Source of the DNA: Lama guanicoe
Taxonomy: Eukaryota
Direction: 5' to 3'
NCBI GenBank assembly: GCA_013239625.1
Contig: MU053911.1
Coordinates: forward strand, 548,132-612,131
DNA: 64,000 bases
Positions 38,899 to 51,641 of this stretch are shown here, piece after piece (the stretch's first letter is position 1; each line of letters begins with the position of its first letter). The notes under the pieces were generated by a model. That model ran no database searches and was not told where the DNA came from. It saw only the letters and a list, made by a program, of their open reading frames with translations. A program made the translations under genes and the position numbers.

Positions 38899-39218
38899 CC
38901 GGTGGCCCTCCTTATCCCCAGTTTCTGCATCCGTGGATTAAACCAACTGCAGATCAAAAATATTTGAGAAAAAAGAAAAAAATTCCAGAAAGTTCCAAAA
39001 AGCAAAACTTGACTTGGCCCCTTGCCAGCACCTCTCTGTGCAGCACCTGCATTGTATCAGGTGTTGTGAGTCATGAGGAGCTGACGCGATGTGCGCCAGT
39101 GTGCGGAGGTTGTATGCAAATACTGGGCCGCTTTATAGAAAGAACTTGAACCCCAGATTTTGATCTGGGGGAGGGAGGAATCCTGGAACCAACCCCCCGT
39201 GATAGTAAAGGGCCGCTC
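38899..39218. mobile_element. MER2 (Tigger-family) DNA transposon
   Basis: GGCCCTCCTTATCCCCAGTTTCTGCATCCGTGGATTAAACCAACTGCAGATCAAAAATATTT...TCCTGGAACCAACCCCCCGTGATAGTAAAGGGCC with degenerate TIRs. Confidence 0.82.
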
Positions 39219-39429
39219 TATTCTCATTTTCCTAAGCCTCAGAAGCACTGGCCATCAGTGTGTGCTGCCAGTCGTATTTTCCAGAAACACCAGCAAACGT
39301 CTCCTGTCCCCCATGACCCCCTCACCGCATGCCCCCAACACTGCTCCCCCACTGGAGGTGGTGGGACCTTGACTGGCGAAAGTGACGAAATGCAAGCTCC
39401 AAGGCCAGGTCGTGAAACACAATTTCCAT

Positions 39430-39726
39430 CTCACTCCTCTTGACACGCTTGCTTTTGGAACTTAGGTGCCCGGTTGTGAGGAAACCGGTAACACGGAGAG
39501 GCCATCTCTGGATACTCGGTGACACCCAGTCTGAGGCCGACCACCCAACTGTGAAGGCTGAGTCTCCCCACTGAGCTCCCAGACCCCACGGGTCAGAAAC
39601 GCTTTAAGCCCATTGTTGCTTTCTCTGAATTCTTGACCTTCAGAATCCATGAGCTTAATAAAACAATGGCTCCTTTGTGCCTCTAAATTTGGGGCAGATT
39701 TTTATAAGCAATAGCCAACTAGAGCA
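39430..39726 (+). mobile_element. MLT1 LTR fragment
   Basis: TGAATTCTTGACCTTCAGAATCCATGAGCTTAATAAAAC...AGCAATAGCCAACTAGAGCA terminus. Confidence 0.75.
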
Positions 39727-39822
39727 TTGTGTGTGTGCGAAAATTCTTCAACAATTTGAAAGATACAACATAGTATGTCATTATTGTTTAAATTGCATTT
39801 TCTTAATTGCCTGTTAGGCTAG

Positions 39823-39960
39823 CTTCCTTCCTTCCTTCCCTTCTTCCTTATTCTTTCCTTTCTTTCTTCCTTCCTTCTTCTTCCTTTCTCTTTCTTTCCT
39901 TTCTCTCTGTTTCGGCCCTCCCTCCCTCTCTCCCTCCTTCTCTTTTTTTTTCTCACTCAT
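39823..39960. repeat. CT-rich polypyrimidine tract
   Basis: (CTTC)/(CTTT) repeats seen directly. Confidence 0.9.
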
Positions 39961-41889
39961 TCTTGCCACTTGTGTTACTTTCAAGAATTATTTTGTCACC
40001 AAGGACTGAACTCTTGGAAAGGATCACGTTTTAACATCCTCACTGATGCCACACGTGCACTTCTACTACTAATACTGTCAGTGGACACACAGGCAACAAG
40101 AGGATACATACACGCAGCTCCAGTAAACACTCTCACTTTGTTCCACCATCCACGATGCCAGGACATGTTCACGTGACTCTGTCCTTTCTGAGTTTACCCA
40201 GAGGAGCCACAGCACGGAGCATATTCTGTGCAACCGGTCAGGACCCCTCAAGCAGGACTGGAGGCAGGGCTCAGACAATGCTGTGTAATCGCCGTTTGTA
40301 ATGGGATTACCTCAGTATTTCAGATGTTGGAATCTTCCCTTTGTAGCTGATCTCCATCTTCAGATGGATGCTGGGCTCCCTCGGTTTTCCTGTTAGATAA
40401 GTTGGAGACAAATGACAGGATGAGAGAGAGACAGGGACTGAGTCTCATTTGTTTTTGAATTGGAGGAGTAACACTGAAATTTTGTGTAAACTCTGACGTG
40501 TCTTTGCCGTAGCAGCAGGAATCCACAGGCAGCTTCAAAGGTGGACGGCTCCTGGGAGGGGGTAGGTGAAGCAAAGGCGTCAAGCTCACAGCACGACACC
40601 CCTCAGCAACCCAGGCAAGACTTGGTGTTTGCCGCACTGACACTGAGGGCAAGCCGGGCGCGTTCTCATGCAAACGCCCTTCAGGTGTGGCTTCTTGCTG
40701 TTATGTGAGTGTTTTAAGTAGGCTGTGCCAGAGGATCTCGGAGTGCATGGGGCCAGGGTCCTGTCCCTGATCCCCAGGTAAGAAATCCTGATTGCCCCTC
40801 CTCTTCTGGGGAACATAAGCTCCAGGGCAGAGGACGCCACGTGTGACTGCGCACGGAGGGGTCGCCAGTGCATGGGACAGCGCACATGGGTACATGGCGG
40901 TCCTTCCAGCAGACTTGCCTTTAACCCCGCCAACCTGGTATCACCACAGATTTGGGGGGCTCTTTCAGAAAACACAGAATTAAGACTACAAAAGTGGGTG
41001 TGAAAGTCAATACTCAAAATATAAAAAAAAATCACAAGTTGCAAATTTACAGCTTATAAAGTTTTTTTTCTAATTAAACACTTTCATAATCCTTTTCCAT
41101 AACACTTTTCCCTCCATGTTTTTTTCTGGATACCCTTTGATTGGTGATTTCTATTATTTCCATGGCATTTTCTATGAGAGGCAGAGATGTATCTGTAGAT
41201 ATAGCTATGTATCTTTGGATATTTGTGTATCTATCAACCTGTCTACAGATAAACAGGAAGATAAATTAGTCTTCCTCCTAGCATGGTTGATCGAAAAATG
41301 TTTCTTGTTTCTCACGGTTTAGAAAAAATTTATTTTAGCTTCACAGCTTGTTAATGGTCACATAAAGGTAATTTTTAGGATTGCTGTCAAGTTTAGGAAA
41401 AATTCTACTAAGTGTATTTAATTTATGAGCTGCAAGGTTTGGAAGACAAGCTTCTTTCAATGGACCTTTCAAACCTGTTCCTCGTGCGTGTGACCTACCT
41501 CAGGGCCGTGCACACTGGGCACTCGTAGGCAGGTCCTCTTGCGTGCCGCCGTAAACCCTTTGTGCTACAGTGATAAAGTGAACTGGCAGAGAGGACAGTA
41601 AAGTTATTTCTACACCAGGAGAGCTAGTAGTAATGTAACTATACCCGACAGTAACTGTGAGCCATGTGAATATGCCATGAAACCCCTAGTTAAACGTATC
41701 TCCGATTCGACTTCTCCTTCGATGGATTGTTGAAATGTCGAGGGTCACTTCAACGCAGCCTGACATGAGGACAAGTGTGATGGAGGGGGTGGTAAAGAGG
41801 AAAGATGCAACTTTACCAACAGCATTTAAAGCACACTTTGGGGGAGGAAAAATCACAAACCTCTTCTCTCCGTTGGATTGCCTGTGTTA

Positions 41890-42062
41890 TGATTCTGACT
41901 TCGCCACTTACTAGGTGTGTAACCCAAGGCAAGTAAGTTCTCTCTCTGTGCCTTGGTTTGGTGTCACTTCCCACCTCAAAGATTGTGATAATTACGTGAT
42001 TTAATGGATGCAAAGTGCTTAAAACAGTGCCTGGCATAGAGAAGCAGTCACAAAATGTTGTG
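41890..42062 (+). mobile_element. MIR
   Basis: GCCACTTACTAGGTGTGTAACC...GGCAAGT...AAAGTGCTTAAAACAGTGCCTGGCATAG. Confidence 0.8.
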
Positions 42063-43690
42063 TTTTCATTGTACTAAACACCGTATCTGACTGCCAGTGA
42101 TGTCAAAGTAGCCAATGGACTTTTCTTCTATAAAATGTTTTACATGTAACTATAAATGCAAAGATAAACTAACAACTCAAAGGCCAAGTCTCAGAAAAAA
42201 TAAAAGGCTCCTGGATGGAGTTACTGGACTGTACGCCTTGACTTAAAACACTTTGTTCTCGGTTCACAAATCACGTAAGAAACATGTTTGAAACATTAGG
42301 GCAAGAAGTTGGAAAGGGAGGTAAGACGAACCACTGAAGCAGCCTGTTCTGGTGTGATTACCTGGGTAAAGTTTTCCACTTTACCCAACCTTTGCTGTTG
42401 ACACTGACAACTCAGCAAGGAAAAGGGTAAGAGGGGTAGTTAATGATGCATCTTTAGGATAAAACTTACCCTAAATGTATCCAACATAGAGAACTGAAAC
42501 AAAAATGTTGATGAGATTTTGCCAGGAGTGAGCAATGTTTAATTGGCTCCCATGTTCGTGAGCAATGTTTAATTTCTCCCCCAAAAGATCGTTATTATAG
42601 GCACATAGAAAATAATGGCTTTCAAATAGGAGATGAAAAAAAATCAAGAAACCAGGAAAAGCTCTTCCAACTTCTACTCAAGGAATGAGCCCTAATTGTC
42701 CAATTTAGACTTGACTTGTCTCCCTAGCCTGAAGACCATCTCCCTAGAGCTCCTTCCTTCCTTCCTTGGGGAGCTGCTCATCTTGTCAGGGGAACAGTCA
42801 AGGAGTCCTCTCTGCAGGTAAACACGAGGTGCGCCAGCACTGTCCCCAGGGCAGCTGGACAGCAAGAAGCCACGGAGGAGAATGAGAGGGACTAGAAGTG
42901 CAAGTGAACCCCAGAAGTCTCAGTGACAGGTTGGTCTGAGACGGACGTGCTTAGCTCCGCTAGGACCACCTCAGTCTTCCTGTGGCTGCCTCCTTCCCAG
43001 AGATGAGAGAAACACCATGGAGCCAAGAGGAGCCATGGAGGGAGGTGGCTTCAGTTCTAGGTCTCATTCCAGTTACTGAGCTGCCAGACCCCTCAAATGG
43101 CCCTGGGTCACTGCCAGGAGCGGGGCTGTCCTCACCTGCAACTCTCCACCAACACGGCAGTGCGAGGGGTTGGCCAAGCAGTGATTGTTTGTTTGGTGGG
43201 AGCAGGGGGAAAATGGAACTCCCAACTGGCAGTCAGGCTGTAGAAGGGAGGCAGAGAAAAAGAGAGAAGGGATGAGGTGTTAGCCACAGGCTTGGTCCAA
43301 ATGTACTTGCAAATGTAGGATCACCCTGGTCCTCAAGGAGGAGAAAACGCCCGTCCTCCTCACAAGGCAGAGTGCTGGCAGACAGAGCAGAGACGGAGGG
43401 AGCGACATGCTCTCAAACAGCCTACATGCCCCCCTGGGGTGGCCTTACCAGATGAGTTTGTCAGATCTCCCCGCCATAGGGCAGAAAAAAATCACACACA
43501 CACGCACACACCCCCGCTCACAACAGGTGGTTCAGAAATCAGAGCCTGCCGCAAAAACACGGGGGGGAGGGGAAGGAAAGACAAAGAGGGGAGACAGGTC
43601 ATAAGAAGACATGTAGCACCCCGCAGTGACTCTCCGTACCACGCTATTTCACGTTCCCTAAAGATGACTCAATGTTCAGAACAGCACCTT

Positions 43691-44156
43691 CGTTACCAAA
43701 GCCAAGTTCAGGTACCCACTGCACCCTGAAGCCAGACAAACCGAAACGCTGGAGTTTGGAGCAGAAAGGTTTATTGCAGGGCCGAGCAAGCAAGACGGGG
43801 TGGCTCGTGCCCAGGAAAACCCCAGACTCCCCAAAGGGTTTCAGCAAAGCACATTTAAAGGCAGGTGGGGAGGCGCTGCAGGGCACGTGATCGGCTGCGC
43901 ACAATTCTCTGGTTGATGTCGAGGGAACAGGGTGCCAACACTCTCACGCCCTGGGCACCAGAAGGCCCGGGGGCCACATGCTCTCCGTCTTCAAGTAGGT
44001 AATTTCTTTTCTTCGGTGGTGGTTTTTTAGCATCTGAAAAGCTCGGGAAATACACATGGGATTCTGTTATCTGGGCCCTTTGGAGAGGAGCTGCCGCAGA
44101 GGACCTGGGGGAGGGGTCTGTCCCTGGACGGCCCCACAGGGTCCGGCTTGGTTACA
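43691..44156 (-). mobile_element. ERV1-class solo LTR
   Basis: Termini CGTTACC...GGTTACA, TSD CCTT/TCTT, minus-strand AATAAA at 43770-43775. Confidence 0.8.
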
Positions 44157-45003
44157 TCTTGAACCCCTCTTCAATCTCAAAGGGGGTCAGTTAGCTAGAG
44201 AGTGAAGGAAAAGAAGGTCAGCCAGGAGCGGTATTAACATTGTGAGGGTGGCAGTAACCGTGGGTACTGAAGTCCCCGGGATCAGAAATGCTCTGACCGG
44301 GGCCATCGGGATTTACTGGTTCAAAAACTAGAAACTGTTTTAAGATAAACCGAAACTGACATAGTTCTTTCAATCTGAAAATGATGGACTTAATTCTTTA
44401 GTGATAACAAAAGACAAGGCGTTTCAGTAGACGGAGGGCAGTGGCGGCTGAGAAGCGGGGACCTGCTGGATGAGCCTACGAGCGATCAGAAAGCATTAGC
44501 ATCAACATGCAGTGAGTTCAAGTTTGAAGAAAACTTCAGTTAAAACAAGTCCACACGGCATAAAATTATCTGACACAGGTTGGGCAATTTTGTGAACAAT
44601 TATGTACTTAAACACACCCAACCCAACACCAAAACCTCAGACCCTGTGGGCTGAGCAAGGCTGCTGCAGGCGGAGCGCACGTGTAGGTCCGACAAAGCCG
44701 CGCGCCGCCGGCGCTCCACCTGCTCAGTAGACGCCGCCCCGTGACAGGGTGCGTGCTCTGTGAGCCCAGCTAGGCTGGAGGGCTTCAGAATAACCCACTG
44801 TTCATCTATTTCTAATGCTTTTCCATCCTCCAAGCTCTCAAAGAAGAGGCTTGGCCAGCCCTGGGCCAGGGTTAAGCAGCTCATTAGCGGACCCCTCCCC
44901 ACTTACACAATGGCTTCACCGGAAAACAGATTTAAAGTGATTAATTCATCACCCAGAACTGATCTGCTCACCTTCCCCCGACCACAGTCAAGACAGCTGC
45001 TCT

Positions 45004-45015
45004 CACACACACTCA

Positions 45016-45057
<42 letters not shown>
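45004..45057. repeat. (CA)n microsatellite
   Basis: Long, near-perfect CA run. Confidence 0.97.
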
Positions 45058-45058
<1 letters not shown>

Positions 45059-47369
45059 CTTCACCACCAGTTTGGTAAAGTTTTAAAATTTGATGACGCT
45101 AGGTCTTATGAGGAAATATCAACTCATAAGCTCTTGTCAGGAGTACAAGCTGGAAGCAAGATTCCCAAGTGTGCAAAGGTGTGTGCATCCAAGAGGTGTG
45201 CACGGCGTGTTTGAAATGCCAGTAAAACTTCGAGCAAACTACACATGCACCAGCCGAGAAACACTCCCAGAGTGACAGCGTGCCTGGGCCTGGGTGTGGT
45301 CAGGCGCAGAGGGCATGCCATGTGTTTTAACAAGGACAGTATCGCCCCAGTAACAAAAAATGCTGCAGTTACGATTATTAATCTTTCGTGTTAACACATT
45401 AATAACAGTGCAATGAGGAAGAGACCCTTTGATGTTACCCAGAGTCGCACGGCCAGGGACGGTTCCAGGACTGAAACCATGTGTGATTAACCCAGGGCTT
45501 GTCTGTGACAGGGTCACTCCCCAAGCCACCAAGCCATCAGGGGGGAGGACCCCGGAGTGTCTCCAGGAGCCAGAATCCACGCCAGGTCCCCATCCACAGG
45601 CTGACATTGTATTTTGGTCAATTTCCAATGACTGCAGCATAATCCAGCAAATTATCCTGGAGCAAATTACTTCAATCCAATAATACAACGTGACTGAGAA
45701 ACTTGCATCCGCCTTTCTGAACAGCCCTGTGGTTGTATTCTTGTCTCTTTGTGGGGACGTTTTCTCCCGTGACTGAGTGAGAAATGTGTCCTTTCTTCCA
45801 AGGAGTCACAGAGCCTGGCCGACGCCTGGCAAACCACCTGTACAAAGCAGATGTTTCATTGCTGAAGAAACTGATGAATGAGCATGGATGTCTGTCAAGG
45901 CAGTCAAAAAACAGAATAAGCAAAGGTTGGAGTTAGGTATGTCAACAACGTGGAGGAACGGAGCATTTGCAGGGCAGCTCTACGTTGGTGGAGACCTTTC
46001 ACACGTCGTGAGGAGGTGATGAGGAGGCTTTTGTGGGAAGGGACGAGCTGGCTGCTTGAGGTGACAAAGGAGACCCAGGGGAGCGTCTGGGTAGACATGC
46101 CTCCTTCGAGTAACTGAAAATGTAGAGTGAAAGCAACGCTTTCAGGATGGTATTTTCTTTCCACGTAACAAGAAAATATAAGCTCCTGTTGGTATAATGG
46201 ATGGGGCTTACTGTCAGAATTCATCCCGTCTTTGCCTGGTCCATTATCCCTGCAGAATAGGAAACTGAACTGGCAGAATGTCTCCTCCGAGACAGAGAGA
46301 GAAAAATCTGAGTCCGTCAAATCAGTCCAAAGACACAGCGTCCACCGCAGCGGCTTGCAGGACAAGATGATACCCGCGGGGCCATGGCTGTGGGAGCGGG
46401 GCAGAGGACACTGACAGCAGGGCAGCTACACGCAGCCAAGAGGAGTGCTGTGGGAATTTATCAGAGATTTCTCCAATTAGAGCTGGAGCCTTGCAGCTTA
46501 GCTCTGAATCCACACGCGGGAGCAGTATCAGTCCTAGCTAAACGAATGATTGAGCTGTCCCAAACACCCCTGATGTGCAGGGCTGAGGACGTGTTCAGGC
46601 TCTAATCCAAGGCAGCTGATGCTGAGTATGTGAACTGGGAGCCTGTCGTCACAGACACCAGCACACACCACTGGACCAGCCGCCCCGAGTCGCCAGGGTG
46701 TTCTGAGCGGTCACTGAACTCAGGGTGTCACCAGTTGTGTCCTGAACACAAAGGGATGCAAGACTCGACTAACACAGATGAGTGTTGCTTTTGTATTTTA
46801 GCCTCTCTGCTACGATTACATGAAACATACATCCATGTATAGCCCCAGATGGTTTTCTGCAGTCAAGTCAATCTCAGAGATTCTGAGTTATAGTCCTCTT
46901 CCCAGGGAGCTATTTTAGCCTGTTTGGAATTGACACTGAGATCTCAATCTCCACAGTGCAAGAGCATATGCATTCATCAATATGCGTGATCATGGAAAAC
47001 CTAGAACCGTGTATGTGGGATCAGACACTGAAATAGTCAAACCCCAAGGGTCGGTCGTGTTATTGCCTCCATTTAAGAAGAAATAAGATAGTAAACTTTA
47101 AATAAATTAGATTTGCAGTGCCTCTCTTCAGGATGAGATAGCATTATCTTTCATCAAAAGTGCCTTTTCTAAGTGGATACTTTCTGAAGAGAAAATGAAG
47201 AATTCTGGTAAAGAAAGATTGAACTCAGGCTGTGGGGAAAATAGACTGATACATGTGACCACATAAAAACTCAAGGCAAGTGCATAGACAAAGTAAAACA
47301 AAGGACAAAGAAAAAAGAAAACTCCAAAAAACCACCTCACACTTCAAAACAAATACTGTAAGTAAATAA

Positions 47370-48095
47370 AAAAAGAACAACAAAAACTTTTGCAACTCAT
47401 ATGGTAAACGGCTAGTCTCTCTAAAAACCGAGAAGAGGAAGAATCCAATAGAAAAACAGGCAGCAATCAGAAGGAGTAAGTTTCCAGGGAAAGAATACAT
47501 TTGTGAACACATAAAGCAGATGGTCATCTGTTTTAAAAGCTTCACACCAGCTAATGCTGCCATGAGACACCATTTCTCACCTATCAGTCACATGCGTTCA
47601 AATGCCTGATAACACAGAGTGTTGGTTTGGCTGAAGGACAGCAAATACTTCCGTTCCTGGTGATACTGCAAAATGCTAAAATCCTTATGAAAGGTAAAAA
47701 AGTCTTTCCAAATCACAATTGAATTTACTCCTTGAGCCAGCAGTCCTGCTTAGGGAATTTACCTTTGAATATACAACTGCGAATGTACAAGGTCACATTT
47801 GCACCAGGTTATCACGGCCGTGTTATTTGTAGTCACAACATATTGTAAAGGAATTGTCTTTCCATCGGAAATCACTGAGACTACAGAACTTCCACACAAA
47901 GGAAAAAGAAGTAAATAGTGTTGCATAAAGAGAAACCAAAAATGTACATGCGACACAGGAAAGGTCATTTCTTATTCGGGTGGGAGGCGTGATGAGATGG
48001 GCAGATAAGACTGGAAGGAGAGACACCGAACCACATCTTCCCGCGTAGCTTTCTACACTGCGACCTGCAAGTATCACCCGCTCAAAAATAAAACT
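47370..48095 (+). mobile_element. Old L1ME-like ORF2 end and 3' UTR
   Basis: AATCCAATAGAAAAACAGGC, CATGAGACACCATTTCTCACCTATCAG, GAGCCAGCAGTCCTGCTTAGGGAATTTACC. Confidence 0.7.
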
Positions 48096-49475
48096 AACAT
48101 CCAAAGCTCAGCATAATATACATCTTAAAGGAAACAAAAAATACTTACATCCTGTAGGTTAATTCCATCATCAGTTAATTCCAACATCAGTTCTTCTGGA
48201 AATCAAGGTTCTCCCTTGCGTCTTTTTCCAGATGAGTCTGTTTGCCGCGTGTCACACGATCCACATACACAGAGAGAGTATTAACAGACTGGATCTTCTG
48301 TTTAAACCTGTAAATATTGTGAAGCCAAGAGATGGTGTGTGATTTTATGATTCTGCCTCTTCTCCTGAATGAACCACAGATGGCGTGTAGTCATTCCTTC
48401 TAGCTGGCTGACTACATGCGTGTATATCACTGGTGGGTCTGTGGCTGGTAAGGAAATGGTTTGCTTTTCTGTGTGATTCTTTGGGGCACTTTTAAGTTGC
48501 CTACACTAGGAGAGTGTTCATTTTATCATTGGGAAAAAATAACAGTTGCTGTCAAGATTTTATTTCACTGCCACAAACCCAGTTCAAAGGGAGACCCCTA
48601 ATACAGGGCAAGTGCAATTAAGACGCATGGAAATGTTACTTGGACGGGGGTGCATTGGCAAGCCTGTGAACCTCAGCTCTCAGGCGGTGCAGGAGGTGAC
48701 ACACTTCCCTAACAAACTCCAGAGGCCAGCCCACCCCCACCAGCCCAGTTAAAGCACCAAACTGTTTCTAAAATCAGAGCCATTTCCCAGAAGCAAACGG
48801 TACATGGGGCCCACCCGTCTCGGCGGAATTCTGAGTCCACCACTGTGCTCTGTGCTAATGATGCAGGCTGTCCGCTTCCCTAACAAGCCAGGCTTGTTCA
48901 TTGGAGAATGTAACAAATAATTTCAAGGTTATGTCACTCTTGGCAAGCGCAGGAACGCTGGTGGGAAAAGGAAGTTTTCAGAGCAAAGCGAAGACTGAAA
49001 CCTTGTTTGGAACCATCAGCCTGCAAACCTGCAGGAGAACCATAGTGCTCAAATTCACAGGGTCCCCAGCACACGCAGACAGCGAATGCCAACTGGCTCT
49101 TGAGAGGATGTAAGTTAGAAGGAGTTAATTTGTTCACATTCAACCTCTGCAAGTAAGGAGAGAGCGTTGGAACAGAGTTTGAGGTTTCTTGCCTTTAAAT
49201 GTTTGCTTGGTAAAGATTACACTGTCTTTTCTTCAAATCACAGCCAACTTTTGATTATTCAGATGGTTATTTGCAAGGACTTCAGTTCTGTATTTCTAGT
49301 TCCCTTTTGTAATTTTACTGTTTATGAATCACTCCTCCATTAGATTAGCAAAGAAAGGGAAATTGAGCTGGCCTGATTAGCTTGTTACAGGTCAATTTCA
49401 TGTTCAAGGGGCTATTCCCTGGCTGTGGATAACTATATAGTGCTCTTAGGTCAAATTGTATTATTCAATCTATTG

Positions 49476-49650
49476 GGTAGGGATAAATTTGAGAGTTTGA
49501 GATTTGCAAATGTTACCCACTAAATATAAAAATAGATTTTAAAAAATTTATTCTGTAGAATACAGGGAACTAAATTCAGTATCTTGTAATAACCTTTCAT
49601 GAAAAAGAAAATGAAAACAAAAAAATAAAAAATTAAATTAAAAATAAATA
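49476..49650 (+). mobile_element. Young L1 3' UTR fragment lacking the normal terminus
   Basis: Aligns to 51416-51530 and 26690-26840; ends in A-rich tail; imperfect TSD AATCTATTG/AATCCAATG. Confidence 0.8.
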
Positions 49651-51321
49651 AATCCAATGAAGCACTTTCTTTTGGGGTAAGGGAAGCAGACCAGTGTTGA
49701 GCTCTGCCCTCAGTGATCTGGTTCTGCCCTCACTCTTATCTGCAGTTCACTTGGTGACCTTGGATGGGGCATGTGTCTCACTGTCCCTTTGTGTTTCATG
49801 GGGACATGAAACACTGCTGACTCTGTAAAAACACTTTCAGAACAGAATTGGGGAAGAAAATTAAAAATGCCTCTGACATACACAAGCTCCCCAAAGGAAG
49901 TTTAGAATGGATTTAAGGGCATGTGCAAGCAGATTTATTTCTTCCAAGGAACCCTAAACACTGGGCCTTGTGCGTATTTACCAGCCAATTAGCTGTGCGT
50001 GTAAATCTTGATGTGCTCCATCGCATAAAACATTCCATTTTCTAAAGTTCTGTCGGGGTATATTATCCTGACAGATAGAACACATTACAATCAACTCTAA
50101 TTGTGACCAAAATATGATTGTGTAGGCTTCAGATTACAACCAGGGCAAGGAAATAACATTTGGGGAGAACGTTTTTTCTCTTCATCGAATATTCGGTAAC
50201 TTGACCCTTGTGGCCTTAATTACGATGATACCTGCCAAAAGCACTAGGCCAGAGCAATGTCCTAAGTCCACACCCTTAAAGGGACCACGGCCTCCATTGG
50301 CCAAGAAAAGCCAACAAACAGGCAGCCTTGAGGAGAGACCTTTTCATTTTAAAGTTAAGTTTTTGTGCGAAGGGCAGGGATATTAATTAGCTTTTTCTAT
50401 TCTTGGCAGGAAACAGGTACAGGTGTGCAGACACTGAAGAGTTGCTGCCTTGCTTCCTGGCCTCCTTGACCTCAGTCTTCCTACCGCAACAAGGCACCCT
50501 GACCACACCAGTGAGGACAGGGTGCAGCCAGCGTGGCACGCAGGCCTGTGCCACCCTGTCCCCAGAGAAAGGAGACGAAGAGCGCCGAAAGGAAACCTGA
50601 CAACCTGGGTTTTCGCCTACCCTTTTACACTGCAGGGCCACGGGTCTAGGAAGCACTTCGAGGTTGCTAAGCAATAAATCCAGGCCCTCCACAATACACA
50701 TCTGCTAGTGCCTCTCACGTCCTGGCTGAGCATTTTAGTGAACATTTACCTGTGTCATCTGGTCAGACCTCTTAATGGAATACATCAGTGAAGCATTTGC
50801 TTACTGAATGAACTGGTTTAGTAATTGATGAATGGCTTTCATTGGTAATACATGAATTTTTAGAAATACTTTATAGCTTCTAGAGGAGGAGTTTGGAGGA
50901 AAAATGAAATCAAGTGTGGAGATCATTTTAAACAAGTTCTGTCTGTGTAACAGCAATCTTATTTTGATGGAAAGTATTAACATTTGAAACAATATGAAAC
51001 CTCATAAAAACCAAAGGTAAGTAAGACTAAGGTAAAATGGGCCAGAAAGTTATGCAGAAAACCCTCTGAAAGATACACTGCACTTCTAATTCATAAAATA
51101 TTTGATGTACTTCTATTATCTCATAGTTCACATTAAAATTCTGATAAACTGACACACAGCTCACGCTTGAAGTAAAACGTGCAACCTGAAGCTCTCTGAG
51201 TTTCCTCATCCCCAGGACACAGAGTAGAAACACTGAAATGTATTTTGCTTAGAATTAGGAAGCAATGTGGTAATATGACGATATGTGATAACATACCAGA
51301 AAGTTGTCTCAAAAAGAGTAT

Positions 51322-51641
51322 TTCCAAATGTATCCCTTCCCAACCCCTTTCCCCCGATTACCATAAAATTGTTTACTATGTCTGCAAGTCTGTTTCTTTT
51401 GTAGGTGAGTTCATTAGATCTGCAAATGTTAACCACTATATGTAAAAATAAACAAATTTCTTCTGTACAGCACAGGGAACTTCATTCAATATCTTGTAAT
51501 AACCTTTAATGAAAAAGAACATGAAAATGAATATATCTATGTATATGCAGGACTGGGACATAATGCTGTACACCAGACACTGACACATTGTAACTGACTA
51601 TACTTCAATTTTTAAAAAAGTAAATACGTGCTTTAAGGGGA
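51322..51641 (+). mobile_element. Young L1 with 5' inversion
   Basis: 51322-51417 antisense and 51416-51620 sense L1 3' UTR; TSD AAAAAGAGTAT/AAAAAAAGTAT. Confidence 0.85.

Noticed and set aside
44712..44727. CTCF site (also ~9962)
   Set aside because: Three or more mismatches to the core consensus; not supportable without a scan.
48149..48195. Minus-strand exon reading ELMLELTDDGINLQD
   Set aside because: Built from a 16-bp tandem duplication (GTTAATTCCAWCATCA x2), which would shift a coding frame.
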